Shown piece after piece: positions 49,424-61,300 of a DNA stretch of 64,000 nt. Position numbers and translations under genes: made by a program. This DNA comes from Camelus dromedarius (taxonomy: Eukaryota). The notes beneath the pieces were generated by a model. The model saw only the letters and a list, made by a program, of their open reading frames with translations, ran no database searches and was not told where the DNA came from. Within the stretch, counting starts at the first letter, position 1; the number at the start of each line of letters is the position of its first letter. The stretch covers positions 81,902,001-81,966,000 of the forward strand of contig NC_087439.1 in NCBI RefSeq assembly GCF_036321535.1, in the 5' to 3' direction.

Positions 49424-52400
49424 CTATACCTGTGGAGAGAAAAGGGTTGTTAGAGGAGATAGTCTTCAGCTACCTGCTTACACAACAGATGCCTGGAAAT
49501 AAAGGAAAAGGAAAACTTGATTCTTGGGGATGTAAGCAAAGGAAATGTCTAGTCCTGGATTTCAGAATAGGTGAGGGGAAAAAGGGAAGTGTATTTTGGA
49601 GGGATTTATCTCTGCACTGGACTCCCAACTCCTTTCACACAAGCAGCTTTGACCTCAGCCTGGAAGTTACTACTTCTGGCAGTTGTTTCCAGGTCTGGGA
49701 GCCCTTACCTTGTGCACCTGAGGGGGAAGCTCATCCTCTGAGCCCTCTTCAGGCACGGGCTCCGGGTGCCTCGATGCTGACTGCCCATCTTCAGCCCACC
49801 CTCCAAGGGGCAGCCGGGAGAAGTGAGAGGGAGCCCGGGGCACTGTGCCGGGGTCTAAAGACACAAGTAAATACTCTCAGAATGAACACAAACAGGATTG
49901 AGAAGAATGGTTCTGGGGTGCTTGGGGTGAACGGGAGTGCAGGGGAGGGATTAGTCTCCTTGGGTCTGGTCCCTCTAATTTCTTTCCTCCCCTAGAGGTC
50001 CCCAGAAGAACCATCCTTCTCTGAAGACTCTGTGCCTTCTTGTACCCTCTGTGGATACCTGTGATGCCTCCGTAGCGCCTCTGGAAGCCGCCCTGCAGGG
50101 CAGTGGTCTCAGGTGCTCCAGGCCGGGGTGTAGCACAGGGATAGCTGGCAGAGCGAGGGATAGGCTGGGGGGCCCGGGCACCCTCTCCCCCCTCTTCAGG
50201 AGCACTCTCCCCACTCTCATCACTCTCCCGGCGGTGCCACACGTGCCGCTCAGGCTCAGCCTGGGCCTGCTGCTTGTGGAGCTGAGAAGTGGGGGATTTA
50301 TTAGTTGGGGACAGAAGGATATTTGTTTGAAACAGCTGCCCCCCACCACCGTATTAGTCAGTTCCCATTTATACCATCTCACCTAGAATCGTTGACTGAG
50401 GGTGCTTATCATGTTAATAACGTGTACCAGCCATATGATATTTATAGGTTAAATTCTCAGCAGAACAAGCCTGTTCATAGATTGTAATGGCTCTCATTTT
50501 CCCTAGTCATTTGATTCAAGAACAAATTCGTTGAAGATCTAAGTGCCAGCCACTCTTTTAGGTGCTGGGAATACAGCAGTGAACAAAACAGACAAAATTC
50601 CCAACTCTTGTGGGGCTTGTATACTTAGGGAAGGTGGGGAAGGACAGACAGTGAACAAATAAGGAAAAAATACAAGGTCAGATGGTGTTAAGTGCTATGG
50701 AGAGACAAAAAGAACAGGAAGATTCAGGTGGGTAGGCCAGGGAGGATTTTACCAGGGTGGCCAGGGACGGTCTCACAGGATAAGTAGGAACAGACTTGAG
50801 GGAGAAGGAGAGGGCCATATGGATATGTCAGGGAAGTGGATTCTTGGCAGAGGAAACCACAAGTGTGGAAAGGCCCCAGGGGAAAGTAAGCTTGGCCAAA
50901 AAGGATAGCTATGTGTGCAAATGGAGACTGCAAAGCGGTTAAATGGCAGAGAAGGGATTTGAACCCATGTCTTGCTTCTCCACATCTAAAACCCTCTATT
51001 CTATTTTCAGCTGCCACCTTGGTTCTATGGCCCTGCCCCTTCCTGTCCACTCACCTGGTGCATATAGAGGGCATGCAGGCTCATCTCGGTCGATGCATAT
51101 TCCGACAACACTAGGCTCTGCAGCTGTCCTTCCCAAACGCTGCTCCCGGAGCTGGCGGTCCTGGCATCTACCCTGTCCCTCCCAGCACAGACAGACAGCA
51201 GGCATCACCATGCAGTCATCGACATTTCTGAGACCCACACAAGTTGCTGGGGGCTACTGCCACGCCCTCCCGTCATGGCCCACTTCTACTCACCCAGAGC
51301 CTGTCATGGTGCTGGGAGCCCGGCCCGTGGGAGCCTGACCAGGTTGCAGAGGGGAGAAGGAGCGCAAGGCAGAGGCGACTTCAGCCCTGTGCCTGGAGCC
51401 CTGCAGGTCTCTGGGCAGTGGGGGGCCCCGGCAGGATGAGCCAGCTACCACATTTGCAATAAGGCTCAGCGGCTATGAAAGAAAGAGGTGGATAGAAGTC
51501 TCGGGGCAGAGGGAGGCCTCTAGGTCCCCAAGGATTCTGCACATTAGTGGTACAGACTAAACAGACAGAAGGAAACCGACAGGGAAGGCTCTTCCACCCC
51601 ATGCCCGGTCCTCAACTCCCAGCTCCCAGAGTCCACTCTGCCCATCATCTCCCAGACTCTAGGAACGCACCTCAGACTCAGACTGTAAGGACTGGATGGA
51701 TGTAAAGAGGGCATTTTCAGGGAGGAGACCGCCTTGGGCAAGGCCAGCAGCTGCTCCATCCCGCTGAACTTGCTCCTTGAGGAAGCCTAGGAAGGCTGTG
51801 CTCTCACGTGGTGGCTGCCAGCCAGGGTTGGTGATGGCAAAGTGCATGAGTGACAATTCTGTCTTCCCATCTTCAGCTTGCTGGTACACTGAGGCCTCTG
51901 TCTGTCCCCCGGAAAGCCACTGCACAAGGGAGGCTGCAGTGAGCAGGACTGTCCTTTTACAGGAATCTTTTTGTACCTTTCCTGCTAGGCAAGGAGGCCC
52001 TGCCCATGACGCACTGCTGTATCTTGCCCAGGGGCCCCCTGCCCACCCCAGGAATAGCCACATGCCGACTGAGCTGCTTGGTTTGTGCCTTTCTCAGGGG
52101 AGCTTGGCCAAGGGTGCAGGTTTAAGGCTATAATCCAAACCAGGCTCCTGTTTACAAAGCAGTGTGTGCCCTGGTACAGGGCTCTCCAGAGGCAGGGCTG
52201 CCTTTTTGTGATTTGTTGGCTCAGAAGGGGTGCTGTTTTGCAGTTCACCCAAAGACACTGTATATGCCAGCATGGCCTCTGGCCACCTGCCCAACTCCTA
52301 TCCTGATACCTGGGGATGCCCATGCTGGCGAACATCCATCTGAGCGAAGGAGCAGGTATCTCCAACACCAACGACCTCCACGGTGAAATTGCGGAAGAAG

Positions 52401-55400
52401 TCTATAATCTCCAGGGCCCGTGGGCGCAGGCAGAAGATGAGGATGAGAGGCGTGACAATGGGGCTCAGTAACTCCTCCAAGATGAACACCTAGAAAGGAA
52501 GGGGCCAAGAAAGCAGGTCACAAGAAAGCAGGAAGGAGCCCAGCCCTTGCCACCGAGCTATNNNNNNNNNNNNNNNNNNNNNNNNNNNNNNNNNNNNNNN
52601 NNNNNNNNNNNNNNNNNNNNNNNNNNNNNNNNNNNNNNNNNNNNNNNNNNNNNNNNNNNNNNNNNNNNNNNNNNNNNNNNNNNNNNNNNNNNNNNNNNNN
52701 NNNNNNNNNNNNNNNNNNNNNNNNNNNNNNNNNNNNNNNNNNNNNNNNNNNNNNNNNNNNNNNNNNNNNNNNNNNNNNNNNCATAAGCCTTTTCCCGGGA
52801 ATGCTAGCTGGCTTGCTCCCACCTGCCACCCTGGCCCACCTGCACACGGTCACGGTGACCCCCAGGAGCGTGACGGTGGTGAGGACGTGCTCCACGGCCA
52901 ACACATCTTCGTCGTAGATGGTGAGTGCAATAAGCACGGCCAGGATGGAGCCAGCGAAGAAGGCGCAGTTCTTGGCCAGCAGTGTCAGCAGAGGTGACAA
53001 GAAGCAATTCATGTACTTGGATGCAGGCTTGTAGCCTCGGTTGAGGCGGGACTGTAGCTCATGCTCCAGCTCGTTGAAGTGGCGGAGGTAGCAGCGGCCA
53101 TAGAGTGACCAGCAACGTGCCCCCAGGGCCCCTGGCTCCCGCTTCAGCACCTCGGCATAACTGAAAAAGGCATAGAGGATCTGCCAAATGAGGATGAGGG
53201 GGCACAGCAGGAAGTTGGCGATGCCAATCCACAAGATGCGGTTGCTGAGGCGCTGGGCCAGCTCGAGCCGTTGTCCCCCACGTTTGTACTCAGCCTTGAG
53301 GCTCCATTCATTGAGAAACAGAGAGCCAGGTCCCCAGAAGAGGATCAGCTCAAAGTTGTACTTGAGGCCCCGGGTGAAGAAGACAACCTCCCCGAGACCG
53401 GGCAGGCGGAAGCGCAGGGGCAGGAGGGATTTGTTAACCAGCGCCACCATGTAGTTCTGGAAACGGAGGATGCGGTGGTAGATGTCCAGCTCTGTCAGCT
53501 CACGCTTGTGGATGCAGATCTGGTGCTCTTTCTGTGTCTGCACGATCCGGGCCTGTACTTCTTGCCACGTGCAGTATGGAAGGGCAGACTGAGGTAGGGA
53601 AGAGACAAGGTATGGAGGTGAGGTTGTTGCCTTGGCCCCTTGCCCTGCATAAGCTATGAGGTTCAGGGGTCCTGTGCTTAACTGAGTGGAGCCTATAAGC
53701 GTCCTTGACCTCCAAGGACGGATGAGGACGCCTGATGCCTAGGAATACACCCCACCCTTCCCAGGCTGCAGAAGACATCTTGGGCTGTGGTGCTAACTAC
53801 TGAACTTCTCAGTCTCACCATGGGGATGCGCAGAGCATGCAGGTAGAAGGAGTGGATCTCCCAGTAGCAGCAAATGTTATAGATGAACTTGATAAGCCGG
53901 TGGACCCAGAAGACAGCAGCGATGACCAGGATGGTGATCAGGGAGCCATTTTCCTGAATCCTGGTGGGGAAAAAGGTGGGGAGGAGGAGTGGCCCTTGAG
54001 GAGTCTTGGCAGACATGCTGCTGTTCTGAAGGATTTAGGGAGGCTGAGCCTGGGTCTGTGTTCTAGGGAATGTTACTGCCTCACACTCCACTCCATTCCA
54101 CACGTGCTGACCAAACTATAGGCTCTGGTGCCTCTGACCTGCAGCCCTTACCTGGCACTACAGACCTGGGCAGGCAGAAAGGCATCTGGCAGAGTAACCT
54201 TGACGGGCTCGGCAGGGTGAAGACTGTGGTTCACCATCTTGTTGGCAAATAGGATGTCGTAGTCCACACAGCTGACCAGGAAGGTGGTGAAGGCAACCAC
54301 AAAGAGGAACTGCCTGGGGAGTTGGGAAGATGGGGAGAGTCAGAGAGATACCAATGAAATAATGGGGGAAAAAGAAATTTGCTGCTTCCAGCCCCAGGCA
54401 ACCCAAGCCAGCTCCTATTTTTTGCTCTTAGCCTCAGACACCAAAGAATCAGCCTGTTTTTCAATCACATGGTAATCTCTGCCACCACTTAAGGACACTT
54501 CCAAAGGTCTTAGATGGTAGTCTCTGGTCCCCAGTCCCTGATTTCCTTTTGTGTTGGTAATTAGATGTTTTTTTTTTTTTTCCAGATTTGAACTCTTCTT
54601 ATTCTTAACCCCTTCCCCTTTGGCAAAGTCATATGGTTCCTTCCCCTCAGAGGGCTCTCTACTCAGCAGCAGGCCTGAGTGCAACCAAGGCAGAACAGAG
54701 ATGTTTTTCTCACGTAAGTGGCTGGCATCTCTGAGACCTCCTGACTGCGCCATGCCCATTCCACTGGAGCTCTGATGAAATGATCAAGTCTGAGTTCTCT
54801 TTGTGGAAAAGATAGGACTTAGAAAGCTTCCCTTATAAGGAAGATAAAAAAGATAAGGCTGTAAATTGTGGTGCCACACACCCAGTCCTTAAACTATAAG
54901 CTTTGAGCCAGGAGCTGAGCTGCATTGGCAGTTTGGGCCAGGGGTGAACTCAAAGAGAGGAAGCACTGAGACATATTTCTTTGCCACATCATCCATTCCT
55001 TCTTATACTTACATGAGCTCAAAGATCTCCCCGATGAGCATACAAGTGAAGCCATTCTTCTGATGTAGATTATAAACGTGTACTTGTTAAGAAAAAGTTG
55101 TGGGTAGAGACAGCAATTAAGAGCACAGACTTAGGTACTCTTTTGGTGCTCACATACCTGAGCTTAAGTCCTGGCTCTATGACTTTCAAACTGTGTGACT
55201 TTGGCCAAGTTACTTAACCTCTCTGAGCTTTTTGTCTACAGTGGTATATTGGGAATAATAGCACGTGTCTCATAGGATTATTAGGTTTGAGATAATGCAT
55301 GTAAAGCGTTTAACAGAACTGACACAGAGTAAGCCAAAAGACATTATGGTTATTACCATCAAAAAGGAGAATCACCCTTAGAGAGGTTCCTTATAAATTA

Positions 55401-55881
55401 ATACTACAAAGTACAAGGCACATAGATCTTGGTAAATGTGAGGTATGATTATTCATAACGATCACCATTTTTCCAGCCTCGTTCAGGCTCAAGATGTGCC
55501 CCACTCCCCTTCCAGGGATTAGAGCCAAACCCACACCAACATCCCATTAGGGGTTCTGGCTCAGAGAGGGGCTAAAGGTCCCAGAGCTCTAAAACAGAGA
55601 CACAAAGGATATTCGAGAGAAGAAGAGGTCAAGATTTTCGATGTGGTGCCAAGGTGCTGTGGGCACAGGAGCAGAGATGTCAGAGTCCTGAAGGAATGTA
55701 AACCTCTTGCTCCCCTGGTGTTCCTCCACCAACTCTCCCCCCAAACCCCAGCTCTGGCTGTCGTGTCCAAGAACTCACACTTGCTCCCCTCAGGCACATG
55801 CACCAACAGGTCCTCCTCCCCGGGGGGTGAATCGCTGTAGGAGGCCTCTAGGCGCTGGTATTCAGTGTCAAACTGCGCCAT
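49424..55881 (-). CDS. ATG9A: Autophagy-related protein 9A (lipid scramblase), 14 coding exons, 839 aa
   Basis: Exons: 55881-55779, 55656-55613, 55077-55013, 54313-54152, 53960-53819, 53588-52840, [exon in gap 52562-52781], 52489-52310, 51919-51671, 51472-51294, 51172-51055, 50281-50059, 49854-49709, 49429-49424 (GTA TAG). Reads MAQFDTEYQRLEASY...DELPPQVHKV*. The total is 839 aa if the hidden exon is 154 nt. Confidence 0.98.
50505..50885 (-). mobile_element. L2a 3' fragment (MIR follows at ~50890-50975)
   Basis: Contains tcatttgattcaagaacaaattcgttga...ggtgctgggaatacagcagtgaacaaaacagacaaaattccc. Confidence 0.7.
52562..52781. other. Assembly gap (220 N) hiding one ATG9A coding exon
   Basis: The upstream exon ends in phase 2 and the next visible exon starts in phase 0. 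The expected SFIPDQHMVF...QYKA peptide is absent from the flanks. Confidence 0.9.
55078..55612 (-). other. ATG9A: U12-type AT-AC intron in ATG9A
   Basis: 5'ss ATATCCTTT, branch point TTCTTAAC at 55093-55086, 3'ss AC. Splicing restores ...LFFSR|VYNLHQK in frame. Confidence 0.95.
55100..55330 (-). mobile_element. MIR SINE inside the U12 intron
   Basis: Contains aattaagagcacagactt...tgtgtgactttggccaagttacttaacctctctgagc...aatgcatgtaaagcgtttaacag. It reads as a MIR; the strand call relative to consensus is uncertain. Confidence 0.55.
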
Positions 55882-56999
55882 CACCACCACCCCCTCTCCA
55901 CCTTGTCCACCTGTGAGTAATGAGGAAGAAGAGACCCAGGTTCAGACCCTGGTGCTGTTCGTCTTCTCCCCTGCCTACCAGACCAGAAATGAGTGAGAAA
56001 GAATCCTTGGGCTTGGTCTCCACTACCATTCTTAGATCATAGGCAGAGGAAGAGGGGTAGCCCAAGGACAGCAGCAAGCTCAGGGCTTGGGAGACCTTCA
56101 CTGACCAATGAGTCATTCCCAGAGTCTTTACTGAGTGTCTACTGAGGCCTTGCTGGCCTGAAGCCAGACTCTGCCCCTTTGGTGGGGGTCTGTTTCATCT
56201 TCTATTCAATGGAGAGAAGGGGCCCTCCCCCTCCCCTCCTACAGAAACCCTGGTCTCCCAAGAGACTAGCAGTCTGGAAGTACTTTGTAAACAAAGGCTT
56301 GAGATAAGCACACCGCCCTACCAGCTCCATGGACAGTGTCTGCTCCACTCCAGCCCTTGATGTCCTGGCTCTGCAGCTGCTGGAGAAGAAGGTGTCAGGC
56401 CCCAGAGAGTGGGGAGTGGGGACAGAAATAAACCCAACCCTACCACCCCCACCCATCCATCCCCACTATGAGGAGGCTAAGCATGGGGCAAGGAGGCTGA
56501 GTGGGAAAAAGGCACCCTTCCAGTCTAGGGCTGTGCACACTTCCTCTGGTTGTACTATACATGGCCACTCATTCAACTCTAGAATCCCAAGAAGTGGCTT
56601 AATGAACCTGTGGAGACTGAGTCAGTACAGGGCTGGACTGTTTCTCAATTGCCCTATCTCAGCCTCATAAATCAGTCAGACTTCTCAGGGCCCTCAAAGC
56701 CCCAAACCCAAAACCCAAGAAAAGAGTCTTTCCCAAAGAGGACCTTTCTGGTCAACCCCTTCCCTTGCTTCCCTAGCACCAATGGCCCAATGGGCAGGCA
56801 TGGCTCCTGGATGGGAAGTCCTGACTGGGTCAGTGTAGACCCAGATCCTGGGCAAACTGCCGGTTCCCTTGGTCCCTGGAGCTAGGCATGGTCTAGGTGG
56901 CACTCACCCAGTCAGTGCAGACCCTGAGGCCGTGGAGCACCGCCCAGCCTGGCCCCGGTGAGATTCCCAGGGTTACTGAGAACCGTGGGTCCAAAGAAG

Positions 57000-58330
57000 C
57001 TGACCAAGCCCTCAGGGAACTCACCACTTACTGGGTCACTGTAGACCCAGGGCCCATATTGCCTCTGCCAGCCGGGCCTGGGCTCAGGGGTTCCTGTAGA
57101 CGTTGGAGGAATCGAGCCAGTCCGACAGCCGATACCCTAGGTGGGCTGAGTTGCCTCCCTACACCCAGCTGCCACGACCCGAACCCAGCGCACCCCAGGA
57201 TCGCCCGGCCCCAGGCCAAGGGCTCGGTTCTCAACAGCGGACAACCTCGCGCGCGGCGCCGCCGCTCGCGCGCGGCCCCGCCGCTCGCGCGCCCCCGCTA
57301 TCAAAACATTCCGGCTGCGCGCCTCCGCCCCGCCCGCAGCGCCCCTTCCCCCGTTACCCGCCGCGAGCTCACTTAGGGCTCCGCGGGCAGCCCTGGGCAG
57401 GCCCAACCCAGGCCGTGGGATCTCGGTAACCGGTCTCGCGTTTCACTTCAGGAACGGTGACCTGGGTGATTCCAGGCTCCGTCGGCTCCACTGGGCTCGG
57501 CCAGACCCGGAGCGCTAGGCCCGGCGTCTGCCACTCACTGTCACCCGCAGTTAGCCTGGCCAATAAACATAGGGTTGCAGGCACGACGGCCAATTCTCGA
57601 CGCCCAGGGCGGGACTAAAGGCTAGAGGCGGGTCTTGGACCGTCAGAAGACCAATAGTGAGCTCTACGTGGGGCGGGGCTCAGGTGCGGGCGCTGCCGTT
57701 TGTCCTCTTCGCTGCTCCGTAGTGACGAGATTGTTGTGGTGTTGCAGAAATCCGCGCTGGGAACTGAAGGCTTCCTTGCCACTGAGCTCCCCGGGACTTT
57801 TGGTGCAGCTTCTGAGGGCGGGGGCGAGTCCACGCGGTTTAGTCATTGCTGGAGCTCATCGCACGGGTAACGAGGAGCAGTTGGTTAAGGAACCTTAGTA
57901 ATTTTAACTCTGTTGGACTCGATTTGGTTGCTGAATGCGCCCCCTCTTCACTCTTGTGTGGTCCGAGGCGGGGGGGTTTGAGAGAGCGGGCTGGGGGTCA
58001 CATATTGATTCCTGGTACCAGGGTGAGGGCCGTGGTGCCTTGCGGTTTAGAGGAGACCAAGTCACGCAGGCAGGAGCCACGGCAGTGGGATCTTGCTTTG
58101 AGGAGCTCTGTTTCATAAACGCCGTTCTGCTCCAGGAGCTGCTTCTGAGTAATTTCTGCTCAACCATGTCGCCGGCCCCAGCTGCTGCTCAGGCTTCTGT
58201 GTCAGTCTCCTTGTTTGACCTGAACGCGGATGCTCCGATCCTTCAGGGCCTGCGCCTGGTGAGCCACGCTCCCGGGGAGGCTCTGTCCCAGGCTCTGCAG
58301 ACTTCCTGTCCAGGTATCTAGGAAGGTTTG
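57000..58330. promoter_or_regulatory. Bidirectional ATG9A/ANKZF1 CpG-island promoter
   Basis: ATG9A exon-1 donor at 57372 and ANKZF1 exon-1 donor at 57684. CCAAT at 57560, 57590 and 57651, GC boxes, and TCTCGCG at ~57434. Confidence 0.85.
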
Positions 58331-61300
58331 GGGTGAATCCGGGAGGGACGTGATGGGGATCTTTGGAGCTTATTGCTCCTCCAGGGAACACCTTACTGGT
58401 GTTTCCCAGCTTAGGAGCCCTTGTTGACATCTTTTACTGGGTTAAAATCTTCAACTCTCAACTGCAGTTTCTTATTTCCCTTTTAAGCCAACGTTTGTAT
58501 ATATTTTTCTTCTTATGGCAACATTTGTGCGTGCAAAATTAAATTCTATTTTCTGGTCAAAAAAAAAAAATTCACTCAATCTCTGGATTTCCAGCATAGG
58601 CCCCTGAATTGTCTCCAAACAAATATCTTGCCATTGCTTATACCTCATCACATTAACACTACTGCCTGAGAAAACACTTCAAAATTCCTAGATATAGTAA
58701 AAACATAACTGTTTTCCAATCAAATCATTCCTTCTCACTGAATATAAAATAACTTGGTCTTGTAAAACCTTAGTTTGGCTGGGAGGTTTTGTACTTTTTT
58801 TTTTCCAAAACAAACTGCACACTGAAGTTGGAAATACAAGCTAAAGAATTGGCTTTTGGGAAGTGATTTTTTTGCACAGTTAAAAATAATCTTACCTTAC
58901 CAGAAATTATTTTTTAGGATTTCTCTGAACAATCTCTTTGCTTAATTTACATATGATGTTTGGTTTATATTTTACATACATATGCTTTCAGAAGTCTATT
59001 TATTGTATAAAGTGATTGCTGTGCTGTTTATTTCATGATTGTTAGATTGTATATTCCTCGAAGGCAAGGACATGGGTGTCTCTTTTGTATCGTCCTCTGT
59101 TTTGTATATCAGACACCGAATGTGATCCCAGGTACCATGGATTTGGGCTCCCTTTCTATCTCTATTTACCCTCCCCTTATTTAGGTTCAGGGGAGAGAAT
59201 AAGCCCAGAAAGAAAACCACTCCAGGGTCCTCTGGATATTTCAGAGAAGTTGTTTTGTTCAACCTGTGACCAGACCTTCCAGAACCATCAGGAACAGGTA
59301 AAAGGCCAGGTGCAGAGCTAAATGGTGGAAGCAAAACTATAGTGGTGGGTGAAGAGAGGTAGACAATTTGTCTCTAATTAATAAAGGTCTGTGCTTTGAC
59401 TAAGGCAGTTGGTGTTACCTGGTCATACTTTCTGGAGTTCTTATTACAGGGTTTGGGTACCATAAAAGGCCAGGCTGAGGCATATTTCCACATTGTTTCC
59501 CTTTTGCCTCCTATTAGAGGGAACATTATAAGCTCGACTGGCATCGGTTTAACCTAAAGCAACGTCTCAAGGACAAGCCTCTCCTATCTGCCCTGGACTT
59601 TGAAAAGCAGAGCTCCACAGGTAATGACTGGTGGGAGACCTGCGTAGGAATAGGCCATGGGAGTGGAGGAAGACCCTAGTTTAAGAGCTTGAAGAAGGGT
59701 CAAAGATGGGGCACCAAACCTGCATATCTCATGTTGTTCTCAGGAGATCTTTCCAGCATCTCAGGATCGGAAGATTCAGACTCAGCCAGGGAGGACAACT
59801 TGCAGATACCGGATGAGGAGAGGGCTGAGTTTGAGAAGCCTAACCGCCCCCGAGGCTTCCACCGACATCGAGTTCTTTTCCAGAATGCCCAGGGCCAGTT
59901 TGTTTATGCCTATCGCTGCATCCTAGGCCCTCGCCAGGCAAGTGCCACCATAAGTTGTGTGGTCAACACCAGCCTTCTGTACACTCAGCCTAGATAACCC
60001 CTTAGCACAGTCCACTTCTCATTTCTTCCTTCCTTCCTGTTGGGGGTGGGTACCACACTTGACAGCACAGTCTTGGATTGAAGTGGCCTGAATCTTAGAA
60101 GGGTCAAGTATAATGGAATTAAGTTTGGAAGCAGACTGATCTAGGTTTGAACTGTGGTTCTACCACTTGATCTTGACTACCTCTATAAGTGTCACATTGT
60201 TTTACTTGTAAAACTGAGACAAGCACAGGGTGGTTGCATTAAATCAGATAGTACATGTGAAGCATTTAGCACTAGCACTTGTTTTTTGCTCTCAGTAAGT
60301 GTCCCAGATATGTTTGTGCTGCTTCTCTGTCATCCAGGTGCCCCTAGAAGTACCAGAACTTCTGCTCCAGAGCCTGCAAAATAGAGGCCCCAGCGTGGTG
60401 CTCATGGCTGCCGCTGGGCACTTTGCTGGTGCCGTTTTCCAAGGGTGAGAGGGTGCTGCCTGGGGTAAGGATGAAATGGATCCTGTTAGCCTGGGAGTAC
60501 CAGCTGGTTTCCAGTACTGAGTCTGTGCTGTCTGCAGAAGAGAAGTGTTGATACACAAAACCTTTCATCGCTACACAGTGCGGGCCAAGCAGGGCACAGC
60601 TCAGGGGCTTCGGGATGCCCAGGGTAGGGCTCCTCGCTCTGCTGGAGCCAACCTGAGGCGCTACAATGAAGCCACACTGTATAAGGTGAGTTAGGTGTCC
60701 CAGATCTGGTGATCCTTTAATCCACCCTTTTTCCCTCTCAACTGATTAAATATTATGTAGGGAGGCCGAATCCTGTATCCCCCCAGTCTTCATTATTTCG
60801 AGGTAGATGAAAGTAGAATAGGGGTGGGTCCCCAGGAGTCTTAGTCCTCTCCTTCTTCCTCCTCTCTGTTATTTTCTACTTCCCACTCCCTATATGTGAT
60901 CTGTGGGTCATTTTTTGGTTGGAGATTTAATAATAGCAAGTGAAGAGGCTGAGTTAGTCCCTTTTCCAGGATGTTCGTGACCTGCTGGCGGGGCCAGACT
61001 GGGCTAAGGCGCTGGAGGAGGCTAGGATGATACTTCTACGTGCCCCCCGGTCTGGCCGTTCCTTGTTTTTTGGTGGCCAGGAGGCTCCCCTGCAACGAGA
61101 GGATCCCAGACTCTGGGATATCCCCCTCGCTACCCGCAGACCCACCTTCAAAGAGCTACAGCGTGTGCTCCATAAGCTGACCGCCTTGCATGTCCATGGT
61201 GAGTCTTTCAGTCCAGATCCCCAGACTCCCTTCCTGTAACTTCCAGCCCAAGCCTCAGGTTCTCATTTGTGCATCCAGACCATTTTCTAGCCCTCAGACT

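Noticed and set aside
49855-50058. Possible second U12 intron in ATG9A (donor GTATCCAC)
   Set aside because: It mismatches the U12 consensus at +7/+8, has no TCCTTAAC-like branch point and has a normal pyrimidine tract, so it is treated as U2.
57031-57050. Iron-responsive element in the ATG9A 5'UTR (CAGTGA in a hairpin)
   Set aside because: The CAGUG is not in the apical loop register of a 5-bp stem with a C bulge.
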